IMG/VR virus record: IMGVR_UViG_3300045988_069579
Location: 1 to 43,212 of that record
Length of the DNA: 43,212 nt
Direction: 5' to 3' (one strand)
Source: a virus
Shown here: positions 34,256 through 41,607 of the stretch, in pieces
How the letters are laid out: each line of letters begins with the position of its first letter
Numbering within the stretch: the first letter of the stretch is position 1
Program-made: the position numbers and the translations under genes
The notes under the pieces: model-generated
What the model saw: the letters and a program-made list of their open reading frames with translations, nothing else
The model's database searches: none
What the model was told of the DNA's origin: nothing

Positions 34256-35371
34256 TCAATCTTGCTTGGGTAAATTGTCGTAAAAATCGCGCATTGCATT
34301 TTCTGCGTGGCCTATGTCCTGTGCAGACAAATGCGTGTAAATTTTACGCATCGTCGCATAGTCTGACCAGCCGCCTATTTGCATTGCGGCCTGTTCGCTC
34401 ATGCGAACATGGTATGCCAACGAAGCAAACGAATGGCGCAAGCCGTGAACGCCAAGCTTCGGCAAGCCGTTAGCAGCGCAAATATCATTGACCCAATCAT
34501 ATACTGTGGAAATGTAGCATGTTACGATCTTGCCGTGCTTATTTTTAACAGCCGTCAAAGCGTCATAAAGCTCCGGTATCATAATAGGTATTGTTCGTGT
34601 CGATGTGGCGTTCTTGTTGGACGGCTTCTCAACAAGTGTCCAATTTTCTCCTGGGACTACTGCACCCGACACTTTTATAGTGCGCTTATCCAAATCAACA
34701 TTTGACCAATCAAGCGCGGCGATCTCTGAGCGCCTGAGCGAATGCAAGCCGAGCAACGCAGCTATCTCGACAGGCGTTCCCTCGACGGCTGCGATAAAGA
34801 CATGTATCTGCTCCGGCGTAAGAAAAACCGGGTCTTTAGGCACAATTTGCGGCAGGGTAAGTCTGGGCAGCTCCACACCGGCGGATTTAATGGCCGGTGA
34901 CACAAGCCCCCATGCGTTCTTAAGCGTCTTAGGGGCGCACACGAGCGCTTCTGCGTTAATCACCGCTTGCCAGTCCTTTATATCAGAAAGCGGTTTTGCC
35001 ATTACGGCCTTAAAGCGGTTCTTTTTCACGGAGCCGTAACCGGCAAGGGTTGACGGTGACAGAACGTTCCGGCGATTTTCAATATAATTATCTATCGCTT
35101 CGGCAAGTGTCAAGTCCGTTTTCTTTTGAGTCTTAACAAACCCGGCTCTTATAGCAATCGCCTTGGCCTTGGCTTCGGCTTCGGTGTCCTCAATGACGGT
35201 TACGCCCTCGCGGCGTAGGTCAACATACCATCTCTGCCCACGCTTGCGCGGCGTGGGTATTTTTATCTCGTCTTTCTTCTTGCGCTCGCGGACAAGGCGC
35301 TCACCGCAGTAGCCGCAGAACGTAAAATGCAGCTCATCGGGCAATTCGGCTTTGCAATTTCGGCACTTCAT
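34256..35371 (-). CDS. int: Tyrosine integrase with N-terminal zinc ribbon
   Basis: HGLRHSFASLAY ... GGWSDYATMRKIYTHL carries the R..H..R..Y catalytic pattern. The N-terminus CRNC...CGYCG is a zinc ribbon. The gene is adjacent to the attP-like region. Confidence 0.9.
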   Translation of the reverse strand: MKCRNCKAELPDELHFTFCGYCGERLVRERKKKDEIKIPTPRKRGQRWYVDLRREGVTVIEDTEAEAKAKAIAIRAGFVKTQKKTDLTLAEAIDNYIENRRNVLSPSTLAGYGSVKKNRFKAVMAKPLSDIKDWQAVINAEALVCAPKTLKNAWGLVSPAIKSAGVELPRLTLPQIVPKDPVFLTPEQIHVFIAAVEGTPVEIAALLGLHSLRRSEIAALDWSNVDLDKRTIKVSGAVVPGENWTLVEKPSNKNATSTRTIPIMIPELYDALTAVKNKHGKIVTCYISTVYDWVNDICAANGLPKLGVHGLRHSFASLAYHVRMSEQAAMQIGGWSDYATMRKIYTHLSAQDIGHAENAMRDFYDNLPKQD

Positions 35372-35432
35372 TATTCGCTTTCCCCCTTTGGATATTCGCC
35401 ATAATAAAATTTAAAGCGAATAACGCCCACGG

Positions 35433-35987
35433 TTAATCCCGCGGGCTTTTTGCGTTTTTGATAATCATCTTAGCTGCGTACGCCATTAGCGCGATTGCCG
35501 CGATAACCACGACAGCCAGCAGGACGGCAAGCGCAGACATTCCGGCAGACTGAAACAAACCGACTCGCGTCATGCGAATGCCTAAAAAGATATAACCTAT
35601 CGTTGCACACAGCAGCAGAGCGCAAACGCCGATCAGGCCAAATATCAGCGGCTTATACACAGCACCGAGAGCCTTATAATGCTCGACAGTGCTTTTTAAT
35701 ATGCCGTTTTCATGCTCGAGCTCGTAAATTTGCTGCTGTTGTTCGCCTGTCAGCACTTCCGGCGCGCGCAAGCCCATCAGCTCATCGAGCGACAGACCGA
35801 GTGCCTTACAGGTTGCGGCGGAGTAAAACAAAAGCGGCTGCTTTGTTGTTCCGGCGTTTACGGAACAAATGCTGTTATAAGGAACTCCGCTGGACTGTGA
35901 CAGCTCAGCCAGCGTAAGACTGCTTGAAGCTCTCGCTTTTCGCAGTGCCTCAGGGTACTCGTCAAAGTAAGATTGCATGTCCTCCAT
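35433..35987 (-). CDS. Membrane-anchored XRE-family HTH regulator
   Basis: LTLAELSQSSGVPYNSICSVNAG is an HTH. It is followed by a coiled coil and two C-terminal TM helices (LIFGLIGVCALLLCATIGYIFL; ALAVLLAVVVIAAIALMAYA). The start is uncertain (35978, 35987, 36005 or 36074). Confidence 0.65.
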   Translation of the reverse strand: MEDMQSYFDEYPEALRKARASSSLTLAELSQSSGVPYNSICSVNAGTTKQPLLFYSAATCKALGLSLDELMGLRAPEVLTGEQQQQIYELEHENGILKSTVEHYKALGAVYKPLIFGLIGVCALLLCATIGYIFLGIRMTRVGLFQSAGMSALAVLLAVVVIAAIALMAYAAKMIIKNAKSPRD

Positions 35988-36027
35988 TTTTGACACATTA
36001 AGCATCTCCCCTATTAAAATTTCTTGA

Positions 36028-36136
36028 AATACACGAGAAATTATTGAATTACACGATGAATTCGGCGAAAACACGAAAAATTCGTGTATTTCCCGAAATC
36101 GATTTCGGTTATTTCTTTAAGGTTTCGGCTATTTCT
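36028..36136. promoter_or_regulatory. Phased operator-like repeat array
   Basis: ACACGA(N3)AATT occurs at 36031, 36051 and 36071, 20 bp apart. The third copy extends to the 17-bp palindrome ACACGAAAAATTCGTGT. A 16-bp palindrome, CCGAAATCGATTTCGG, lies at 36093-36108. TTTCGG(T/C)TATTTCT occurs at 36103 and 36123. Confidence 0.6.
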
Positions 36137-36265
36137 GCATGGACATTTATCAAGACAGGTGCTACGCTATAAGTACAGCAAGCAACATTTTACAAACGCT
36201 GTGTGAAAAAATGCCCTGCCCTGTTGGCGCAGCGGCAGGACGGATTAAATTAAAGAGGTGCAGCA

Positions 36266-36421
36266 ATGAGAAACAACACGAAAAAAACTACGCCCGAACC
36301 TCTAAGGGCCAAGTGGCTTGCGAGAAACAAAACCATTATAATAATAACCGAGGCAAGCGACGAGCGCATACAGGAGCTTCTGAGGCTGTTTGATGACGGT
36401 CATAGACTGCCGGGGTCATAG
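36266..36421 (+). CDS. Small hypothetical protein (51 aa)
   Basis: AAAGAGGTG sits 6 nt upstream of ATG 36266. The ORF falls below the track cutoff and has no recognisable family. Confidence 0.35.
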   Translation: MRNNTKKTTPEPLRAKWLARNKTIIIITEASDERIQELLRLFDDGHRLPGS

Positions 36422-36423
36422 GG

Positions 36424-36861
36424 TCAATTAGTTTTATATCCGTCGGCTATGATATCTGCGTATTTCTCATATTCATATTGTGAATTGCTGAAACGCCTTT
36501 TTATTTCGTCTTTTAGTTTGTCAGCATCAAACTGATTTTTCTTACCGCGCTCGACTCCTGTAAGGCCATCATCATAGCCTGCATCGTAGCCGTCGCCATA
36601 ACCAACATCATAGCCCTCGTCATGGCCTGTTGAATACCCTTCTTTGTTTCCTGCTTTGCGGCCTTCTTCGCGGCCTGTTGAATATCCTTCATCATACCCG
36701 GCAGTGTGGCCGGAGCTCTGACCGATGCTGTAAGCGCCGAAAGAGCAAGCTGCAAGCAGCACGAGGGCGATGAGCGCGGCAATATATTTCGGGGCAGATT
36801 TTTTCTGCTTGCCCTCGATTATATCTTCCATGCGTTGAGCATTTGAGTTAAGATTAGACAT
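36424..36861 (-). CDS. Membrane-anchored protein with GY(D/S)xG repeats (moron, possible exclusion function)
   Basis: A GGAGTG SD sits 7 nt upstream of the start. One TM helix (YIAALIALVLLAACSF) is followed by repeated GYDEGYSTG / GYDVGYGDGYDAGYDDG. Confidence 0.6.
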   Translation of the reverse strand: MSNLNSNAQRMEDIIEGKQKKSAPKYIAALIALVLLAACSFGAYSIGQSSGHTAGYDEGYSTGREEGRKAGNKEGYSTGHDEGYDVGYGDGYDAGYDDGLTGVERGKKNQFDADKLKDEIKRRFSNSQYEYEKYADIIADGYKTN

Positions 36862-37091
36862 TGAAAATCACTCCGCGAAATAAAAACACTTGCAATTTCT
36901 ATACAAATGCACTACTCTCTAAATAAGATAGATAACAATTCTACTATATCCTATTCAGATATACGAATAGGCATATCTCAACTGCTTATACATATAATAG
37001 CACTATTACGCCAAAAAAGATATAAATATTTACATTTTTGGCAGTTTGTCTGAAATTGGAGATGGAAACTGCACAGTTTGCACAAAGTAAA

Positions 37092-37328
37092 TCAGCCAAA
37101 GCACTTTTCGCAAACGGTAAAGCCCTTGTCTATAGCTTCACTGTAGGTCATGACATCATAGTATTTCATGCCGCTGCAATCATTGTAACGATGTATTTTG
37201 CCGCCGCTTTGACTGACATACACAGTTTTATTGTCGCCGGGCACAGTTTCGGCGCTGTCCTTGGCACAAGCGCAAAGCGAGAATACCATACACAAAACAA
37301 GCAGCAAACAAATAAAACGGTTTTTCAT
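37092..37328 (-). CDS. Small lipoprotein
   Basis: It has a signal peptide with a lipobox-like LCAC. The C-terminus is IHRYNDCSGM...CEKC, a Cys motif common in Firmicute lipoproteins. Confidence 0.6.
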   Translation of the reverse strand: MKNRFICLLLVLCMVFSLCACAKDSAETVPGDNKTVYVSQSGGKIHRYNDCSGMKYYDVMTYSEAIDKGFTVCEKCFG

Positions 37329-37376
37329 AAAATCAACTCCGTAAAACTGATTATATAATAAGATGGGAGCGAGAAA

Positions 37377-37589
37377 ATGATACTAAGGGGCAAAACAGCG
37401 GAAGAATTTGCGAAACTGGACGAAGAAATAGACAATTCGCTTGCGAGCTTTGCGGAATGGCAAAAGACAAGACCGCCGCGCGAGAACGTAAGCCGAGAGG
37501 AATTTGCCGAGGCGGTAAAAAAGATACCTGACGAAAAGCTTGAGCTTATAGCCAGGTACATAGATCGCATAGCCGGAGCTACTTTTTAA
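37377..37589 (+). CDS. Hypothetical helical protein (70 aa)
   Basis: GGAG sits 8 nt upstream of ATG 37377, and a TATAAT hexamer lies at 37354-59. The ORF is convergent with the next gene. Confidence 0.4.
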   Translation: MILRGKTAEEFAKLDEEIDNSLASFAEWQKTRPPRENVSREEFAEAVKKIPDEKLELIARYIDRIAGATF

Positions 37590-38058
37590 CCTCGTTGTAG
37601 TCGAATGCGTCATCAAGACTTGAAAGCTCTTCTTCCGATATGTAGTTAAGCAGAGCGCGGCGATATCTGTTAGCAAGCAATTTGCTGTCGCGTAGAGCTT
37701 GAATATACATTGATTTGTAATGCGATCCGAGCGCAATGTTTATAATAAGCAGTGCGAGAACTACTACTAAATCCCAATTGATATAACCAAGCACATAGCG
37801 TGACACGAATATTGGGATATAATACGCCGCCCAGCTTACAAAACGAGCAGAGTCTCCGGCTTCGGGATATTCTTTAGAGGCGATAATACTCATAAAGGCA
37901 GGTATGCCGAAAGCTAAATAAATCGTCTTTACAGCTTCCCAAATATCGTGCGTAATCAATGCGAAAATCGCAGAAATAACTATGAGCACAATATTTGCAA
38001 TTGCGAAACTGCGCCAGTGAGGATGCTTATCAAAAAACGCTTTAATCGTCTTTTTCAT
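37579..38058 (-). CDS. Multi-pass membrane protein co-transcribed with the repressor
   Basis: It has about four hydrophobic helices. It overlaps the 3' end of the repressor gene by 17 nt. Confidence 0.6.
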   Translation of the reverse strand: MKKTIKAFFDKHPHWRSFAIANIVLIVISAIFALITHDIWEAVKTIYLAFGIPAFMSIIASKEYPEAGDSARFVSWAAYYIPIFVSRYVLGYINWDLVVVLALLIINIALGSHYKSMYIQALRDSKLLANRYRRALLNYISEEELSSLDDAFDYNEVKK

Positions 38059-38401
38059 TTTGCATTACCTGAAACTCAATATAGTTCATAATGTTGCTGA
38101 CCTGCTGCAAGCTGAGATCGGGGCATGATCTCAGCACCGCTTCTCGCAGCTCCCACATAGCATCGTTTTTACCAAGCTCTTCATCCTTAGGGATGGAGGG
38201 CTGTTTTTTTATGCCGTTTTTCAGCTCATCGACCGTTATGCCAAAGTAATTGGCGATTTTGAGTGCGGTTGCGTCGGTTGCGCCATTTTTCCGGCGTTTC
38301 CAGTTGCTCACGGTAGCTTTAGATATGCCAAGTTTGAGCGCAACTGCCGACGGTTTTTCACCTACGGAATTACATAATTCAAGAAAGTTGTCATAAAACA
38401 C
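38042..38401 (-). CDS. XRE/CI-like repressor
   Basis: PSAVALKLGISKATVSNWKRRKN is an HTH. The gene is divergent from the early promoter. There is no in-frame ATG, so the start is GTG 38401 or TTG 38455 (the track start). Confidence 0.7.
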   Translation of the reverse strand: MFYDNFLELCNSVGEKPSAVALKLGISKATVSNWKRRKNGATDATALKIANYFGITVDELKNGIKKQPSIPKDEELGKNDAMWELREAVLRSCPDLSLQQVSNIMNYIEFQVMQNEKDD

Positions 38402-38547
38402 AAAAGTACACCGCCGTTTCTGTGCAAAACGCCCAAAGTCAAGAAAGTTAACCAAAATTATTGACTTTCAAGAAAGTAAACGCTATAATCATAAATGTGG
38501 TCGCGAAAGTACACAAAGCTAACGCAAGCAGTCAAGAAAATCAAGAG
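38379..38547. promoter_or_regulatory. Operator-like repeats TCAAGAAA(G/A)T (4 copies)
   Basis: Copies start at 38379, 38439, 38468 and 38532. The 38468 copy is part of the 14-bp palindrome ACTTTCAAGAAAGT (38464-38477), which lies in the promoter spacer. Confidence 0.6.
38461..38489 (+). promoter_or_regulatory. Consensus sigma-A/sigma-70 early promoter
   Basis: TTGACT (38461-66), a 17-nt spacer, then TATAAT (38484-89). It points toward the early operon. Confidence 0.8.
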
Positions 38548-38656
38548 ATTTTGGCTGCTCCGATGTTTGTTCTAATAGTGGCATATTGATAATAACACAG
38601 CTTGTGAACTTTTGCAACTGTTTTGTAAAAAGTTTTCGTAGGAATACGAAAACACC

Positions 38657-39054
38657 TCGCATCTTCGTTTGAAATAGGAGCGCCGCAGGACACGGGCGCA
38701 CGGGCAACATAAAGTTTATTAGTCGTTGAAGAAAACCGGCAATTCGCTCAATCACCGGTTTCCTTCGCTCTTAGCTCTCAGCACAGCGCAGGCGGATCGT
38801 TTCGCACGTTTATTGCTCTGCGGCAAAAGGATAGCGGCTCCCCCACCGCCACTCGGAGCGATCGAGTTGCTTAGCTGTGCCTCAGTGTTTGGACGCACGC
38901 GTCACGTCGGGGTCAGACTCCCGAACGACACACTGAATTATGAGAACGTCGGCAGGGTTTCATGAAGGAGCCGAAAAGACTTTCCATGAAAACACCCCCT
39001 TTCGGCCTGCAAGCAAGATATACCGCGGCGCTCTTATTTTAAACGAAGATGTGA
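38657..39054 (+). ncRNA. 398-nt element closed by a 30-bp helix / inverted repeat (structured RNA, invertible switch or MITE-like insert)
   Basis: 38657-38686 pairs with 39025-39054 at 27 Watson-Crick positions plus 3 G-U pairs (G-U only on the + strand). There is no credible ORF. The interior is about 56% GC and the upstream leader about 36%, both by hand count. Confidence 0.5.
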
Positions 39055-39087
39055 ACAAAATCAACAACTGTGAAAGGAGAAAACAGT

Positions 39088-39309
39088 ATGCGCGAAAAGT
39101 GGACAGGCGATCTGGTCGGAAGAATGCACAACGCCGAGATAAAGAACGTTGACCTTGCGCGAGAGCTGGGAGTCGGCAAAAGCTACATAAGCATGATACT
39201 CAACGGCGAGAAAGCTCCCAAGAACGCAGAGGCAAGACTCAACGCGGCGTTTTATGCGGTGCTCAATCGCAAGCTGGAGGAAGAGAAGCATGCCAAGAAC
39301 AAGGTTTGA
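39088..39309 (+). CDS. Cro-like / XRE HTH protein, first early gene
   Basis: AAAGGAGAAAACAGT precedes ATG 39088. VDLARELGVGKSYISMILNGEK is an HTH. Confidence 0.65.
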   Translation: MREKWTGDLVGRMHNAEIKNVDLARELGVGKSYISMILNGEKAPKNAEARLNAAFYAVLNRKLEEEKHAKNKV

Positions 39310-39532
39310 CAAGGCCGCTCGCGACCCTCTGAAAGAGCTTGTGCTCGGGCGCAAAACGGCTTTGCGGCTGAGCGAGGTAAATCTCGCGGCCAAGATGGGC
39401 ATAAGCACCGGGCGGCTGAGGACGATGTTTTCCGGCTCGTCTGAGCAATGGAAAATCGGCGAGGTGAAAGCGCTGTCAAGGGCGCTGGATGTGCCGATAA
39501 GCGACATGCGAGACTTGATTTGCAAGTCATGA
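39290..39532 (+). CDS. HTH-like small protein (80 aa)
   Basis: GGAGGA sits 8 nt upstream of ATG 39290. LSEVNLAAKMGISTGRLRTMFSG is HTH-like. Confidence 0.55.
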   Translation: MPRTRFDKAARDPLKELVLGRKTALRLSEVNLAAKMGISTGRLRTMFSGSSEQWKIGEVKALSRALDVPISDMRDLICKS

Positions 39533-39544
39533 AAGGGGTTAAAA

Positions 39545-39673
39545 ATGAACATCGGTGTATTTGTGTGGCTGGTCATTGCCGTATTTGGCGTGATCGGCGG
39601 AATATATCAGGCGCTTGTGTGGTTTGCCAACGAAGCAGACCGGCAGTGCGCAAGGAGAAAAATTAATAAATAA
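39545..39673 (+). CDS. Small single-pass membrane peptide (42 aa)
   Basis: A GAAAGGGG SD precedes the start. The product begins MNIGVFVWLVIAVFGVIGGIYQALVWF. The ORF falls below the track cutoff. Confidence 0.45.
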   Translation: MNIGVFVWLVIAVFGVIGGIYQALVWFANEADRQCARRKINK

Positions 39674-39685
39674 GGAGGAGAAACA

Positions 39686-40171
39686 ATGAACCTTTACTGG
39701 GTGGACAACGCAATCTACAAGCTTTATGACGAGTTTGTTGACCCCGAGACAGGGGAGCTTACAGACCCGGACGCATTCGCGGAAAGATACGCAGAGCTTG
39801 AGATCAGCCGCGAAGAGATCATCGAAAACACGCTGCTGCTCTACAAAAACTGCGTGAGCGACGCAGAGGCGATAGCGGCAGAGATAAAGACCCTCAAGGC
39901 GCGACAGGCCGCGCTTGAGAAACGTGCGGACAGGCTCAAGGCCGACGCTTCCGACGCGCTTAACGGCGAGAAATTCCAGACCGCAAAGGTTGCGGTGTCG
40001 TGGCGCAAGAGCACGGCTGCCGAGGTCGATGAGAGCCTGTGCCCGGAGGAATACATCACGACAAAGGTAACGACCGCGCCGGACAAAAAAGCCATTACAG
40101 CGGCGCTCAAAGCCGGTCAGGAGATACCCGGCTGCAAGCTGGTCGAGCGTGTGAACATGAGCGTGAGGTGA
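39686..40171 (+). CDS. Siphovirus Gp157-like protein
   Basis: An AAGGAGGAG SD precedes the start. A coiled coil (EIKTLKARQAALEKRADRLK) is followed by F.TAKVAVSWRKS and APDKKAITAALKAGQEIPG, which is typical of the Gp157 family. Confidence 0.55.
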   Translation: MNLYWVDNAIYKLYDEFVDPETGELTDPDAFAERYAELEISREEIIENTLLLYKNCVSDAEAIAAEIKTLKARQAALEKRADRLKADASDALNGEKFQTAKVAVSWRKSTAAEVDESLCPEEYITTKVTTAPDKKAITAALKAGQEIPGCKLVERVNMSVR

Positions 40172-40175
40172 GAAG

Positions 40176-40835
40176 ATGGACAACCTTAAATACTACAACA
40201 TGGGGCGCAGCGTCCCCGACAGTGCGCTAACGCCGATAAACGCCGGGCGCTTGAAGGGCATGAGCGACATCAACCCAATGTGGCGAATCAAGATGCTGAC
40301 GAAGATGTTCGGACCTGCCGGCGTCGGCTGGTGGTACGAGATCACCGACAAACGCCTTGAGCATGACCCGATAAGCAAGCAGACGGCGGCATTCGTCGAT
40401 ATCAAACTTTACTACGTAGACCCCGAGACCGGCGTGGAAAGCCACGGTATCCCCGGCACTGGCGGTGCAAGCTTTGTAGCGCAGGAACGCAACGGGGCTT
40501 ATATGTCGGATGAGTGCTACAAGATGAGCCTAACCGACGCGATAAGCGTTGCAGCTAAGGCACTGGGCATCGGCGCAGACATTTATTTCAGCCGCGACGA
40601 AACGAAGTACAACGATAAGCCGAAAATTGAGCGCAAGCCGCCGGTCGAGCAGCCTGCAAAGCCGAAAGAAGATTTAGTTTACCGCTGCGAAAAGTGCAAT
40701 CATCCGCTGACTATCTATTTCAGCGCTGACGGCAAGCCTATATCCCTCCGCAAATGGAGCGAGGGAACAAAGAAGAAATTCGGCAAGGTGCTTTGCGATA
40801 AATGCGTAGAGGCTGAGAAAAATGCAGATCAGTAA
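40176..40835 (+). CDS. Single-strand annealing protein (Rad52/Sak- or ERF-type) with C-terminal zinc ribbon
   Basis: The motifs GRLKGMSDINPMWRIKMLTKMFGP.GVGW and KMSLTDAISVAAKALGIGADIY are present. The C-terminus carries CEKC...CDKC. Confidence 0.6.
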   Translation: MDNLKYYNMGRSVPDSALTPINAGRLKGMSDINPMWRIKMLTKMFGPAGVGWWYEITDKRLEHDPISKQTAAFVDIKLYYVDPETGVESHGIPGTGGASFVAQERNGAYMSDECYKMSLTDAISVAAKALGIGADIYFSRDETKYNDKPKIERKPPVEQPAKPKEDLVYRCEKCNHPLTIYFSADGKPISLRKWSEGTKKKFGKVLCDKCVEAEKNADQ

Positions 40836-41325
40836 AGCGGAGCTTACGCCGGATGGGATAAGCCTCACGGTTTCCCGAGACGAGGCGCGGCGCTTCTGCT
40901 ACAGCTTCAAGCCGGGCGAGTACGATATCAAGAAAACGCGCAAAAAGCGCAGTCTGGATGCTAACGCCTATGCATGGAAGCTGATAAACGACATATCGCT
41001 TGCCACGCGTGTAAGCCCGGAAGAAGTTTACCGGAATGCGCTGCTGGATATCCCGACGCTGTATTACATAGCGCTGATACCCGACGAATACACCGATGCT
41101 GCCATGACCGACTGGCAGAAAGGACACATCGGCCGCAAGGCGGAAAAAGAACCGGCATACACGGGTTATTCAAATGTGTTTTTCCACATGGGCAGCTCAG
41201 ACTTCGACACACGGCAGATGTCAATGCTTATCGACAACCTGATACAGGATTGCCGGGCACTGGACATTGAAACAAGGCCACAAGACGAGATCGAGGCGCT
41301 GTTGGAGGCATGGGATGGCAGATGA
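40822..41325 (+). CDS. NinB/Orf-like recombination mediator (tentative)
   Basis: KKRSLDANAYAWKLINDIS and MGSSDFDTRQMSMLIDNLI parallel lambda NinB RSLDQN...W and GQSTS....F..L motifs. Confidence 0.5.
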   Translation: MQISKAELTPDGISLTVSRDEARRFCYSFKPGEYDIKKTRKKRSLDANAYAWKLINDISLATRVSPEEVYRNALLDIPTLYYIALIPDEYTDAAMTDWQKGHIGRKAEKEPAYTGYSNVFFHMGSSDFDTRQMSMLIDNLIQDCRALDIETRPQDEIEALLEAWDGR

Positions 41326-41596
41326 TAGCATCATGCAGAGCCGCCGGGAATGCTACATCACCGGCGACACACAAGGCCTAAACCGGCACCATGTATACGG
41401 CGGAGGACGCAGGCAAGCCGCCGACAAATGGGGCTGCTGGGTGTGGCTGCGCTGGGACTGGCACACCGGCGCAGAATACAGCGTACACCGAAACCGCGAT
41501 TTTGATTTGCGCTTGAAGCGCGAGTGCCAGGAACGATTTGAAGAACTATACGGACACGAAAAGTTCATGGAAGTGTTCGGCAAGTCTTGGATTTGA
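41315..41596 (+). CDS. Conserved small phage protein (CYITG..HHV..GG.R motif; HNH-like?)
   Basis: GGAGG sits 6 nt upstream of ATG 41315. The ORF is 93 aa and its function is unknown. Confidence 0.5.
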   Translation: MADDSIMQSRRECYITGDTQGLNRHHVYGGGRRQAADKWGCWVWLRWDWHTGAEYSVHRNRDFDLRLKRECQERFEELYGHEKFMEVFGKSWI

Positions 41597-41607
41597 AAGG
41601 AGAAACA

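Noticed and set aside
36139-36393. An 84-aa + strand ORF in the int-proximal divergent region
   Set aside because: It has no SD and an implausible composition (many C, K, N, R). A shorter ORF in another frame (36266-36421) has a good SD and is reported instead, at low confidence.
38657-39054. Retron msr-msd reading of the inverted-repeat-bounded element
   Set aside because: Retron ncRNAs are flanked by inverted repeats, but they need an adjacent reverse transcriptase. No RT-like ORF (YxDD motif) exists anywhere in this genome.
38519-39152. Track ORFs 38519-38755 (-), 38726-38965 (+) and 38940-39152 (+) in the early leader
   Set aside because: None has an SD. One relies on a TTG start. The products are R/L/P/C-rich and not protein-like. 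The last one overlaps the well-supported ATG 39088 gene. I treat the region as non-coding.
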